Shown here: positions 12,312-26,100 of the stretch, piece by piece
How the letters are laid out: each line of letters begins with the position of its first letter
How positions within the stretch are numbered: position 1 is the stretch's first letter
Source of the DNA: Eledone cirrhosa
Lineage: Eukaryota
Length of the DNA stretch: 64,000 nucleotides
Assembly: GCA_964016885.1 (NCBI GenBank)
Contig: OZ024747.1
Span: forward strand, 44,020,001 to 44,084,000
Direction: 5' to 3'
Program-made: the position numbers and the translations under genes
Notes under the pieces: model-generated
Told to the model about the DNA's origin: nothing
Database searches by the model: none
The model's input: only the letters and a program-made list of their open reading frames with translations

Positions 12312-12901
12312 ATAATTGTTTCTACTTTTGGCACAAGGCCAGCAATTATCCCAGTGTATTACAGGTACTTTATTTTATCGACCCCGTAAGGATGAAAGAC
12401 AAAGTTAACCTCGGCAGGATTTGAACTCAGAATGGCAAGGGCCGTAACTCTATGCTTCAAAGCATGGCGTCCGACCCGCTACCGATACTGCCAATCCACC
12501 GCCCTTACTAGCTGTAATAATTGTTTCTACTTTTAGCACAAGGCCAGCAATTATCCAGTACATTACTGGTACTTTATTTTATCGACCCCGTAAGGATGAA
12601 AAGCAAAGTTAACCTCAGCGGCATTTGAATTCAGATTGTAAAGGGACGTAACTACGCTAGAAAGCGTGTCTTACCCTCTACAAATGTAATAATTGTTTCT
12701 ACTTTTGGCACAAGGCCAGCAATTACCCAGTACATTACTGGTACTTTATTTTATCGACCTCTGTATGGATGAAAGGCAAAATTAACCTCGGCGGGATTTG
12801 AACTCAGATCGTAAAGGGACGTAACTATGCTGGAAAGTATGTCCGACCCTCCACCGATACTGCCAATTCACTTGTAATAATTGTTTCTACTTTTGGCACA
12901 A
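12312..12901 (-). mobile_element. Head-to-tail stack of family A SINEs (3 copies plus a tail fragment)
   Basis: Copies start at ~12312, ~12518, ~12688 and ~12877. Confidence 0.88.
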
Positions 12902-13462
12902 TGGTTTCTAGTATAGTCACAAAACTACAAACATTAGGTGTGGGGAATTGTAGATTGTCTACATAATATTTGACCGAGAGTATGCCATCGATTTCCTCAA
13001 ACCCCAGGATGTTCAATCAGAGCAGACCTGGGACCCTTAAAACAACAACAACAATAACAATAATAATGTTTTTCCTTCTAGCACTTGGTGATTTGGTGGA
13101 TTATAAGCATGTATATTGACTCATCTGTACACAATACAAATTAACATTCTAAAGCCACAGCTGCCGCCTCTATTGGAGTTTTGTCATCCACGTAATATTC
13201 AAGTTAAAAGATATTTTGTACATTACCTCACGTACTTATATCATATATTGCATCTTTGTTAATACACCATTGCTTTGGTTTTTTATTACTTTCGTTTTTT
13301 TTTTATTATTTTCGCTTTTTTTAATACATTATTTTCGTTTTTTTTAATACATTTTAGGTTTTTTTAAATACATTTTAGAGTTGTTTCAGTTCAAACCTAT
13401 GATAATACATTACCCAACATATCCTTACGTTTGAAGACTGTTTATTTTTCATTTTGTAATAG

Positions 13463-13660
13463 CAGACCTGTCAACTCTCCCCATCGGACGGGGAAATCAC
13501 CCACCAGCTTAGGAGTGGGTGAGAGATGTCTTTTCTTTTGAAAATGGGTATAGCTTTCATTACGTCAAATATCTCCATTTTGCCTCATTTCTCTCCGTTT
13601 GGGGGCACTTTTTCTTTCTTGGTACTCCCCCGTTTAGGTTTTTAGAGGTTGGCACGTCTG
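13463..13660. mobile_element. MITE (198 bp) with imperfect terminal inverted repeats and a 5-bp target duplication
   Basis: CAGACCTGTCAAC ... GTTGGCACGTCTG (11/13 match). AATAG at 13458-13462 and 13661-13665. Confidence 0.7.
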
Positions 13661-14799
13661 AATAGATTATTGTGGTCTATTGTTGAGGAGGAGGAGGAGG
13701 AGGAGGAGGAGAAGAAGAAGAAGAAGAAGAAGAAGAAGAAGAAGAAGAAGAAGAAGAAGAAACTAAGGTTTACTTTTTTGTCCTCAGCTAGCCTTTACAC
13801 CAGTTAAGCGTTCCTACTACTACTGCTGATACTGACACTGATGGTGGCGGTGGTAGTGGTGGTGGTGGTGGTGGCCTTGGTGACGCTGTTGCTGCTGCTG
13901 TTATGCCAAAATTACCTCTGCTTCATCCCTGTTGTAATTAATATAAATATTTATATTTCAATAATGCAACAACTAGTGTTTTTTGCAATATTATCACGGT
14001 TGCTGCTGAAATGTTCAAACTCAGCTTCCGACTGTTTTATATGAATACCAATTCTTTTGAACATGATTCTGTTACAATTCTATGCTTTGCAAGCTTTGTA
14101 TTTTATCTTCGTTGTCCCCCTCCTCCAATGTCCAACAGGTTCATGCTGACAAAAACCGTATCATATATACAGATTCTTATTTGATGAATGTTAAGTGTTC
14201 TTACTGGGAATTATTTTCTGATTACTATTGTTGTTATTGCTATCATTCTCTCCATCTCTATCCTAACCTTGTCCTCGCAGATTCCACCCAATTCTTCTCC
14301 ATTCCTCTTCATTGTTATCACCAACAAAATCATCAAACTTGCATTTTTCTTAATGTTTTATTTGTTTGTTGTTGTTTTTTTTCTGTTTTTATTTTTGGTT
14401 TGTTTGTTTTTTTTGTTGTTGTTTTTTTTGTATTTTCTGTTAGCAAATCACTCGAGTTAAGAGTGGAAACGGTTTAATTGTAATCGATATCATTGACAGT
14501 TGACAAAAATGATAATGATGATGATCATTTTAAGGATAATGATACCGATGAAAAAGATTGTTATTAGTATTCGTATTGTCTTAGAACGTCGGACAAAATG
14601 TGTAGAAGTATTTGTTCCGGCGCTTTACATTTTCAGTTCGAACTTCGCCCCACTCATCCTTCTGGAGTTGATAAAATAAAGAACCAGTAAAGTAGTACTG
14701 TTGATAAAACATCTGGAACACTCATCGTTGAAACAGACGGGGGCCCATTTACTTCAAGTTTTCTAGTTATATCTCATTTCGATATTTTCTCATTTCGTC

Positions 14800-16520
14800 C
14801 GCCTTCCATTTATTTTAGTGTATTTTTATTACATTTTAGATCACATTTTTGCCTTCACTATTTTGTTTATATATTCACTTTAGATCACCTGTTTATATTA
14901 TTTAATCGTCGCTTATTTTATTATACCATTTGTTTCTGTTCACGTCATTTATTTTGGTCCACCTGTAAAGTTTATTTGTTCAACTGATCTCTATTTTAAT
15001 TCACATTTATATTAGTTCACCTTTAATTTACTTTTGTTTATTTTAGATCAGGTGTCATATATTTTAGTCCCCTTATTGCTTATATTTCAGCTTATAGTTC
15101 TCAGCTATTATATATTGTTTCGTAGTTTTATTAGTTTACATGTTGATAATTTTAATTCACCTGTAGAGTGTTTTAAGTTACATACCATATAGTTTGCTTT
15201 ACCTGTTATTTATTTTAGTCTACCTATCGTTCACTTTAGTTTATCTCTCATTAATTTTGATTAAGAAGTTTTATATTTTGGTTTACCTGTTGTTTATTTT
15301 AGTTCGCCTGGCATTTAGTTTAGTTCGCCTATCTATTTTATCAATTTACCTGTCGTTTGTTATAGTTTACCTGATGTCAATTTTAGTTTACCTATCTTAT
15401 ATTTTAGCTCACCTGTTGATTGTATTAGTTTACCTGTTGTTTGTGTAAGTTCCCCTCTCGTTTACATTAGTTCACCTGTTCTTTAATCTAAATCACGTCG
15501 TTTATTTTGGCTTAACTACCTTTTAATTAAATTCATGTGTTGGTCAATTATTTTCCTTCACGCTGTTATATTTTAGTAATTAATTTTCTTTCAGTTGTTG
15601 TTTATTAAACTTTACATTTCGATCATTTTTACTCCCCTGCCTTTTATGTTAGTTCATTTGTTGATTCTGTTCGTTCTCCCGTTGCTTTTTGTTGTTTAAT
15701 GTTTTATTTACATGTCAATTATTTTAGGTCACCTGCCATTTATTTTAATTGTAATGTCCTTTGTTGTTTACTTCAGCTCACCAATCGTTTATTTTCATTC
15801 AGCTAGTCCTTATGTCAGTTGCTTATTTTCGTTCACCTGTCATCTAAATTCAGTTTGCATATAGATTATTTTTGTAATATATTTCAATACATATATTTTT
15901 TTTTTATATTTCAATCGATCGCATGTGGTTTATTTTACATCACCTGACATTGAACATAGTTCAACTAGTGCATGTTGTAGTTTCTTTGTGCTCAGAGTTC
16001 AAATTCTGGTGAGGCAATCAAATAAAGTACCTGTAAAGTGAAGTGAGTTGACAAAGGCGTTAGAGCTTAGAAACAAAAATGCTTAGTGATAATTGTTTCG
16101 TCTCCTTCGTTATTATCCCCTGGATGGGGGAGGCAAAATTGTCTATATTTAATCAACAATGTGGATTTTGTAAATGTCAATACACGAAGGCAACGGAAAA
16201 CCATTTTTGTATTTTCCAAAAACCATTCAATGACAAGCATAGAACGCTTATCAAGCGATCATTCGAGATCTCATAGTGATGAAAGAAAATGTCATTTTTT
16301 TCTTTCGTATGATCTTTTGCTTTACTTGTTTATAGTATTGTATTTATTATTTCATCGATTAATTTAGTTATGTTTTATTTAGTGTAGATCATTATTTTAC
16401 TTTTACCTTTCTATTAATTCGGTTTACCTGCAATTGATTTCTAGTTTACCTGTCGTTTATTTTACTTTATTCAATTATTTATAGTAGTTTACCTGCCGAT
16501 AATTTTAGTTACCAGCCAAA
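14800..16520. repeat. Decayed ~22-bp T-rich minisatellite (ttattttagttYacctg-like)
   Basis: Recurrent tagttcacctg/tagtttacctg motifs, clearest at 15195-15480, interrupted by a SINE relic at ~15960-16040. Confidence 0.6.
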
Positions 16521-16829
16521 ATGATAATATAATTCATTCACAACTAGACAGCATCACGTAAATACCTACACATTACTTACGCGGCATGTTCACATGAATT
16601 TCCATCCATATACACACTTAGACACACATACACATACATAAATAACATATTTTCGTTTCTTACCACTTTTAGACTCAATAGAACATGCACACATTCTAAA
16701 ATCCGCGCATATATAACACATATTCCTCAACTTAAAGAGTCTCTTCTGTCGTGAAAAAAACATTGTTATTCTTAACAAACTGGTCGAGAATGTTTCGTTA
16801 TCGAGTAACTTAAGACCCTTCAGGGGAAC

Positions 16830-17578
16830 TCCATTTCGACCGCTTGTATTCACGATCGTATTCTTTCGGTCATTACACAAGATACATGACTATAGGTAAG
16901 GGTTGGAACTAATACCAAATTGTAGATATCGGGTTTAGCTTTTATACCTACTTCCCTTCTTTTGATGACCGAATGCTGAAGCTGACGCATTAGTGCACCA
17001 GTTCCTACAATTCTTGCACTTAATTCAGCTTTCTTCCATCTATCACTAGTGAACACGGCCCCGAGATACTTGAACATTTCCGCCAGTTTCAATGGAAATC
17101 CGCTCACTGCGTATGCTTCTTTGTGGAGACGAGTGTCGCAGTCTTCGATTTTCATTCCTGCCATGCAACACTCGGCTGCAAACCTATCAAGTGCATGTTG
17201 GAGATCACCTCCTGACGAGTTAAGTGGTACAATGTCATCCCTAAATTCCAGCCGACTGATTTTAGTCTCCTCAGCCTCGATACCATTCCCATCCTGGCAG
17301 CACATGTCAATCTGTCAATTAATATTATGAACAGTAGCAGTGGCAGTACGCACCCTTTGCGAAGTCCGACAACTATTGAATGGTTTTGACTTTTATCCGA
17401 ACACAAATAGTAAGGCATTCGTATAAAGACATCAGGACAACAAGAAGCTGTGCATCGGTTCCATACTTTTGCAGAAGCTTCCACATGTCCGGTGAAACAC
17501 AGTCATATGCCCTTTCGAGGTCTACGAAACAAGAATACATTTGTTGGTAATACTACCGCGATTTCTCAAAGGCCTGCC
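16830..17578 (-). pseudogene. RTE-clade LINE reverse transcriptase fragment, frameshifted
   Basis: Motifs in order: CFVDLERAYD (~17500-17535), GLRKGCVL, FRDD, LQHALDRFAAEC, FKYLG. Confidence 0.85.
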
Positions 17579-17580
17579 AC

Positions 17581-18490
17581 GGCAGAACCTCACAAAAACT
17601 CTATATCTCTATGATCTAGTGTTTTTGCATAATATGCCACGAAACTACGTAGTAGGAGACTGAAGAACCAGCTAGGTAAGATATATCTTATTACTAATTA
17701 TATCTAATGTTTCTTCTCTCTTCATAATGTACTTTATAGCTCTGATACTGAATCAGTCTAATCCATTCGGATAGTTCTGTCGCAGTTATTCATAGAGCAA
17801 CATCGGTTGAGGTTGGCACCATTAACACAGGGATATATGTGGATATATTCATGTATGTGTATGTGTCCGCATGTATCTGTGTGTTTCTCTCTATATATTG
17901 TTTATAACTCCCTTTGGTCGAGTAACCTTTGAAGTGTATTGACTGCTGGATAGCTACCATTACTCATACTTCTCGCCTCCTCAAACACCTCTTCTACGGC
18001 TTTGATATGAATACCCCCTCCCTCTCCGTGGTATTTTTTTCAGGGTTATAAGGGGCTTAGCTCTGTTTCTTGACCGCTGTATCACGTGATTGACTCTCCC
18101 TCCGCCTTTTCGAGATTCTATCTCGAGCATTGCAGACGTGTTTTGAAATCCTTAATGAGGTATCCTCTTGATAAGTCGGCAGAACCTCACAAAAACTCTA
18201 TATCTCTATGATCTAGTGTTTTTGCATAATATGCCACGAAACTACGTAGTCGGGGACTGAAGAGACAGCTAGGTATGATATATCTTATTACTAATTATAT
18301 CTAATGTTTCTTCTCTCTTCATAATGTACTTTATAGCTCTGATACTGAATCAGTCTAATCCATTCGGATAGTTCTGTCCCACTTATTCATAGAGCAACAT
18401 CGGTTGAGGTCGACACCACTAACTCAGGGATATATGTGGATATATTCATGTATATGTATGTGTCCGCATGTATCTGTGTGTTTCTCTCTC
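17581..18490 (+). repeat. ~310-bp direct repeat (period ~597) with a decayed HHR-like motif; PLE-like partial tandem
   Basis: 17581-17890 is repeated at 18178-18488. TTGATAA (18168) GTcGGCA...TGCCAC GAAAC tac GTA (18248). Ends at (CT)/(TA)n. Confidence 0.65.
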
Positions 18491-18570
18491 TCTCTCTATG
18501 TATATATATATATATATATATTATTCAAAATATTATCAAATGAAGATATTCACATAATCAAAATATACGC

Positions 18571-18636
18571 TTTATTATATATATTTCGAAGGTACTGTGT
18601 TGTTTTTTTTCCAGTACATCCTCGTCAGATAAAATA
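18571..18636 (-). ncRNA. Hammerhead motif, ATTTTAT-CTGANGA family (decayed relative at 19398-19462)
   Basis: ATTTTAT CTGACGA ggatGTACTG...CAGTACcttc GAAAT at ATA ta ATAAAG, inside a (TA)n-flanked insert. Confidence 0.65.
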
Positions 18637-18693
18637 TATGATTTGATATATGACATACCTCTACGGTCTTGATATTTCAATTCCAGTATTGGC

Positions 18694-18724
<31 letters not shown>

Positions 18725-19300
18725 AAATAGTTACTACTACAATTTTATACAAAACCCCATATTAAACGAAGAAAGTAACAATGGATGCTGTTACAGTATC
18801 AAAATATAAACCAAAGATCAACGCGCAGATGTAGCATGTGTCAAACTGACAATGACATGTAGGAAATTTTAACCTATGAATAGTTAATGAAACTTCAAAA
18901 TATTGTTAGTACGGCGCTGACGCTTTCTGATCACTGTAAATTACGTCAACAATAAATCACTGTTACAATTATTCTTATTCTGAGGATAGGATTTTGAAGG
19001 CCTCTAAACATCAATTGCCACGTGGATTCTGAACTGAAAATGTTATGAGCTTAAAAACCAAATAAGAAGAGAAAAAAATAAAATCTTTAAAATTATCAAA
19101 AAAGTCGTCTTGCAAAAATTGTCACCCCTCAACATTCTAGTTATAGTTGTCTCCCTTATCAACAAACTACTGTCAACTCCTGTCCACAATCCAGTCAGTT
19201 CATATATACTTCCATTCTCACCGCAGCCATACATGAGTTGAAAGACCGTCAGGTGAAACGTGCGTCTTCAAGCAGGGTTGCTAATTTGATGTGAAACTAA

Positions 19301-19355
<55 letters not shown>

Positions 19356-19550
19356 TTCAAAATATTAACAACAATAGACATTCGTGTGATCAAGTATATT
19401 TTATTATACATATTTCAGAGGTACTGAGCTATCTTCAACAGAACGTTCTCATCCGATAAAATAAGATGATGCAGGACATACCCTGACTAAGTAGATGGTT
19501 AAAATTCAGTCATTCTTTGATTTATTCATTAAACCTAGTTTAACCTTTAA

Positions 19551-19637
<87 letters not shown>

Positions 19638-20098
19638 GAGAGAGATTACAATAATCAAAGTTCAGTTTAAATCATTTATTTGCTTACAATTGTTTCCTCC
19701 AAACTGAGGTTTGGATTCTTCGGAGCAACTATTTAGTGATCTATAACATACTTGACCTCCTTTTCAACACAAGAGACATATAAAAACATATGCACATATT
19801 GACCCACAGTGGGATGACATCCATCAAACTGATATAGCATGGCAATTTACATATAAAGGTTAAAGGATAAAAATAAAGATAAAAATAAAAATAAAAATGA
19901 AGCATTGGCAGTTTATGAAGATAAAGCAAGAGGAAAGTTTAGAGTAGTCAGTGTATGAAACAATCTCACGTGTAGCATGCACGCGTGTCTTATTTATACA
20001 GGATTAGAGTGCGTCAGATTGTTACTTGCAGGGTCAGGCAGTTGAAGCAGGCAATCGATATTATTATGTGGGCTGAATCCCTTATCACATTTCCTTCG

Positions 20099-20162
<64 letters not shown>

Positions 20163-20351
20163 CGAAGGAAATGTGATAAGGGACCAGATGGACCATAACG
20201 CACCAAAGTACTCAATACTTAGGGTAGTAGAGTGGGTAATAGGAACAAGTATGACTCCGACGGCAGAGCTCAAGCCGTTTCGACAGCTATTTCGGGACTG
20301 AACTAGCCGTCGAAACGGCTTGAGCTCAGCCGTCGCGGTCATAATTGTTCC

Positions 20352-20383
<32 letters not shown>

Positions 20384-20413
20384 GGAACAATTATATATAT
20401 ATATTATATATAT

Positions 20414-20484
20414 TAGTTTTAATATAGATGAGATTCTACAGGACTAGAACTGTTTCATTCTTTAGAAATCATCAGGAATCTATT
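20414..20484 (-). ncRNA. Hammerhead motif, same family as 39614-39751
   Basis: CTGATGA tTTCT aa AGAAt GAAAC a GTT. The flank is identical to 39614-39680. Confidence 0.6.
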
Positions 20485-20508
20485 ATATATATTATATATA
20501 TCGGCAAT

Positions 20509-20542
<34 letters not shown>

Positions 20543-20866
20543 CGGCTGAGCGTAACAGTATCAATTATAATATTTCACAATATATATTTATATGTTGTGA
20601 ACTATTGCTCTTTTCCCTGTCCACATTGTTCTCGGCATTATTGTCACGATTTTATATTTATTGTTATTATTGTTTTGGGTGTTGTGATCTTGCCTCATCA
20701 TTCTCATCAGAGAAGCATTTTTATTTACATTTAAATACTATTCCCATAAGCTCTAAGTGATTATTAATGTATGAATATATGAACATACATACACACATCC
20801 ACGCACACACACATCCACACCCGCACAGACATACACACTCACACACACACATATATATATATAATG

Positions 20867-20897
<31 letters not shown>

Positions 20898-21159
20898 TAG
20901 AAAGATCGAGTATCGAAAAATCGGCGCACGAGTTCACGATAAACAATATTCGAAATGAGCGGCAGAGGGCTCAATAATTCAGATGAATCAGAGCTATAAC
21001 TATCGTTAAAATACCGTCACATATAGAACAAGTCTACAATCAACCATACGATAAAAAATCGATAATAGAAGATTCGGGACAAACAGATAAAAAATATCAT
21101 ATATATATACATATGTATATATATATGTATATATATATGTATATATATATATACATATG

Positions 21160-21215
<56 letters not shown>

Positions 21216-21241
21216 ATATATAATATATATATTATATATAT

Positions 21242-21366
<125 letters not shown>

Positions 21367-22093
21367 TGTATATATCACAGAAAACAGAGAATCAGTGCTA
21401 CAGGTTCTTTCTTTTTCTTTTTCCTTTTCTTTTTGAAATGAAATATGTATGGCGGAGTGCATCCTAAGGCTGTGTCCTACAAATGTTACGCTAAATATCT
21501 CCATGATTGGTGTTTTTTATTTTAAATTGCCGCAAAACATTATTTATGATGACTGCCGCAGACAGCATAATTGCGGGTGTGTACCTGACCGATGTAGACT
21601 AAGGCCCCTAGGAGCAATGAAGACGTCGAAGTGATGCCAGCCGTTCAAGATTACAGCCCCTCTCCCACCACAGTAGTAATTCTGATACAGGAAGAAATTT
21701 TGATTGACAGGTGGAGAACGAGAAGAAGCAAGAAGTGGGCAACCATGAGTGGCTAGAAAAACTGGTGACGTGTACAATTCTTGACCACTCATGGAATGGC
21801 AACAACAGGATCTAAATCAACAAACGAAGAAATTCGATGTTAAAGGGCTATAGGAAAAATCTGTTTCGTAGAATCGAGACGTATCTGACAACCGAGAGAT
21901 TTCAGAGTCAGGTTTGATCACCACATCGATCGTGCCTCGAGCTGGTCGCCCGAGAAACAATTGTAATATGTCCAATAAATTATTTTCGTCGCAACACAGA
22001 TTCTCTTTTTTCTGTGATATAATACTCTGCACTACGAGGGCATTGAGTGCTCATGCGGCCTACCGCATACGGACGCTTTAAGCATCCTACACC

Positions 22094-22130
<37 letters not shown>

Positions 22131-22760
22131 TAAAGTTAGTCCATCAGTGATCTTCCAACCATCATTGGTATTTCATCGCTTTAAAGACCATATACCTCCG
22201 GTTGGAGCGAGCAACGGCTAAAAAAAGTCGTTGGGAGACCTAAATAAAGGGGACACGAGTGTAAACAAACAAAGATGGTGAAGCAACGAAAAGTGAGTAA
22301 GAAGGAGACAAGTCCCAAATTTCTATGAATATAAATTCGGTGAAATCGTGAACGAGAGAGAATAAAGACCATCAAACCGGGTTGGAATGTGAGCAAGGAA
22401 GGAATTCCGTACAGGTCTAACGGGAGGAAGAAGGGATCTAGTCTGTGAATTCGGTGAACGTAAGTTCTGTGAAATCGTAGACGAGAGAGAGAAAAAAAGC
22501 GACTTGCCAGACCAAGGGTGCGAAAGAAAAGAATTACGCACAGGTCAAACGGGAAGAAGGAGGAGGAGGAGAGGTAGTAACAGAGAATGAGTGAGTAAAG
22601 GGTGAGGAAGAGGCTAAAAGAGAGAGTGACTGCTAGAGAGGGTAAAGATACATATATATATATATATATATAGAAGTTATATTTAATTTGTTGGGATACA
22701 ACAAGCAAATATTTTTATAACTGATATAAAGCACTCAACAATATTTTTGGAGTAAAAATT

Positions 22761-23177
22761 CAATATATTAACAAATGGAAACTATATTTATAAAACCATA
22801 TTTATTTCATTATACATATTTCAAGGCCACCAAAGCAAATTATGGTACGCTTTCATCAGATAAAATATAATATAGATCAGTTTTATAAACAAATATTGAC
22901 ATACCCAACGGCTTAATTTAAATGTATGGGATTTAAACCTCTCCGACACTAATTTGCATAATAGACCAATAATAAAATTAGTAACCCCACTATTCAGGAG
23001 CTTCCAACAGACATGGTAACATTCTTTTAAGGGTATGTCAATATTTGTTTATAAAACTGATCTATATTATATTTTATCTGATGAAAGCGCACCATAATTT
23101 GCTTTGGTGTCCTTGAAATATGTATAATGAAATAAATATGGTTTTATAAATATAGTTTCCATTTGTTAATATATTGT
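22761..23177. mobile_element. Inverted-repeat element, ~145-bp arms each with an HHR
   Basis: 22761-22906 is the reverse complement of 23031-23177. CTGATGA 23078, GAAA 23115, GTA 23122 on +, mirror copy at 22805-22868. Confidence 0.8.
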
Positions 23178-23221
23178 ATATATATATATATATTTATATA
23201 TACTTACATATATATATACTA

Positions 23222-23552
23222 ATATAATATATAAGATCAAAAGATGGTTAAATGAGTTCCATGTATTTTATTATGCGCATTTCAAAAACAAATATCATCA
23301 TGCAATAACATTTGTGTTTTCATCAGATAAAATAGGAGGACATGATATGAAGGTTAAAAACAATTGTGGATAGTGCAGTTTTAAATCAACATATCAACTG
23401 CACTATCCACAAGTGTTTTTAACCTTCATATCATGTCCTCCTATTTTATCTGATGAAAACACAAATGTTATTGCATGATGATATTTGTTTTTGAAATGCG
23501 TATAATAAAATACATGGAACTCATTTAACCATATTTTGATCTTATATATTAT
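23222..23552. mobile_element. Hairpin element, ~155-bp arms each with an HHR
   Basis: 23226-23380 is the reverse complement of 23396-23550. TATTTTAT CTGATGA (23450)...GAAATGCGTA ta ATAAAATA. Confidence 0.8.
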
Positions 23553-23681
23553 GTATACTCCAGTCCTACAAACTGTAGAGTGCTTCTTATCCGATATCTG
23601 CATTGCTTTATTGTACTACAATAAAACTCACCTCCTACATATATACTTATATATATATATATATACTTACAAATATATATA

Positions 23682-23724
<43 letters not shown>

Positions 23725-23742
23725 TTACAAATATATATACTT

Positions 23743-23814
<72 letters not shown>

Positions 23815-24036
23815 GTTTACTTCTCTTCCTGTTTGTCTGTTGTCTTTAAAAATGTTGTTTCTAAAATATACAATGGAATCAATATCTATCATCATTGTAA
23901 AAGTCTGTGTCAATTGGAGCCACATTAGAACAATTGAAATACATACGTACATGCATACGTATATGCATACATATATACATACATATATACGTACATATAT
24001 ATATAAATATACATATATATGTATATACATATGTAT

Positions 24037-24185
<149 letters not shown>

Positions 24186-24237
24186 CACGTGTGGGTGTGT
24201 ATACATATATGTATACATATATATATAAATATATATA

Positions 24238-24278
<41 letters not shown>

Positions 24279-24358
24279 GTATACATATATATATATATAT
24301 AATACAGATATATATAGATATATATACGTACATATATATATAAATAATTATGTATATG

Positions 24359-24464
<106 letters not shown>

Positions 24465-24532
24465 GTGTTTTTTACATGTTTATACATATGAAATTATACG
24501 TCTGCACTTATAAGTACATGTGATAACATATG

Positions 24533-24567
<35 letters not shown>

Positions 24568-25134
24568 TTGTGTGTGTGCGTGCGTGTACGTGTATGTTTG
24601 AGGACATATATGTATATATACATACGTACATACATACATACTTACATAGATACATACATATATACATACATACGTAAATACGTACGTACATGCATACATA
24701 CATGCATACATACATAGATACATACATACGTAAATACGTACGTACATACATACATACACACACACATACATACATACATACAAACATACATACATACATA
24801 CATACATACATTCATACATACATACATACATGTATTGCCAAAAATAAAATTGTATTTTGAAGACTGACAATATATTGGAGAAAATAGTGAGTGAGAGAGA
24901 ACAAACAGAAAAACATTTTAAAAATCTAATGAAAAAGAGAAAAGAAAAAGAACGACATCTCACCTCGTTTTTAGTCTGGAAAGTTCTTACTTTTCATTCT
25001 TCTTCTTATGTCATTATTTATGTGCGGTCTTTTTACTCAATTTTTTTTTGTGTGTGTGAGTGGTACGGCGTTGTTGTTTTCTCTATATTTTTAGCTTATC
25101 TATTTCACTTATTTATTTGTATTGAGTGTTGTTG

Positions 25135-25209
<75 letters not shown>

Positions 25210-25233
25210 TGTGTGTGTGTCTGTGTGTGTGTC

Positions 25234-25350
<117 letters not shown>

Positions 25351-26048
25351 TTTTTCAGATGTCAGTGGAAAACACAAAACCAAGTAAATATTCTTACGAA
25401 AGCACTCAATGAACTTTCGTCAGACGTTCTAAGAAGATTGGCAGAGAGAACTCAGTCGCAGAAGTAATAACAATACATCATGTCTTACTATCAAAACTGA
25501 AGCTTTCCATACAGGCAATGATACCGAAATAAATATTTTGTAAGAATAAATAATAATATTAAAAAAGAAATGTTTGCACGAAAGAAGGAATTGAAAAGTA
25601 GCTACAATATAAAAATAAAGCAATAAAGTCTAAACTAAATAAAAAAAATCTATGAAAAGAAAAAATGGAATATCAGACGACATATTCGAAGAAAGAGTGA
25701 GAAAATAGAACCAGAATGAAAGTGTGTGTGTGCATGCGTCACAGAGACAAAGGGAGATGGAAAATCTAATAAGAGAGAATAAGAGAGAGTGATTTGAGAT
25801 TGGTAGTATATATCCCAAAGACTGCTTACATCAGGCGCCTAAAGTAAAGGTGAAATGTCTCTAGCAAAAGAGATAATGAAGAGCAGAGATTGCTCAAAAG
25901 CACACTCCTTCAAACATTGTTTTCCGCCTCTCAGCTGGAATTTCATTGTAGATGCCTCAAGCTCATAGTGCAGGAAATTAGAAACCATTGCACTGTCTAC
26001 TGAAGAATTGATCGGTAAAGGGAAAATTACATCACACACACACACAAC

Positions 26049-26100
<52 letters not shown>

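Noticed and set aside
15194-15448. Hydrophobic 84-aa ORF resembling a membrane protein
   Set aside because: It is a translation of the decayed T-rich minisatellite.
21400-22100. GC-richer insert between (TA)n runs, possible transposase relic
   Set aside because: I could not find convincing DDE motifs or terminal repeats by eye.
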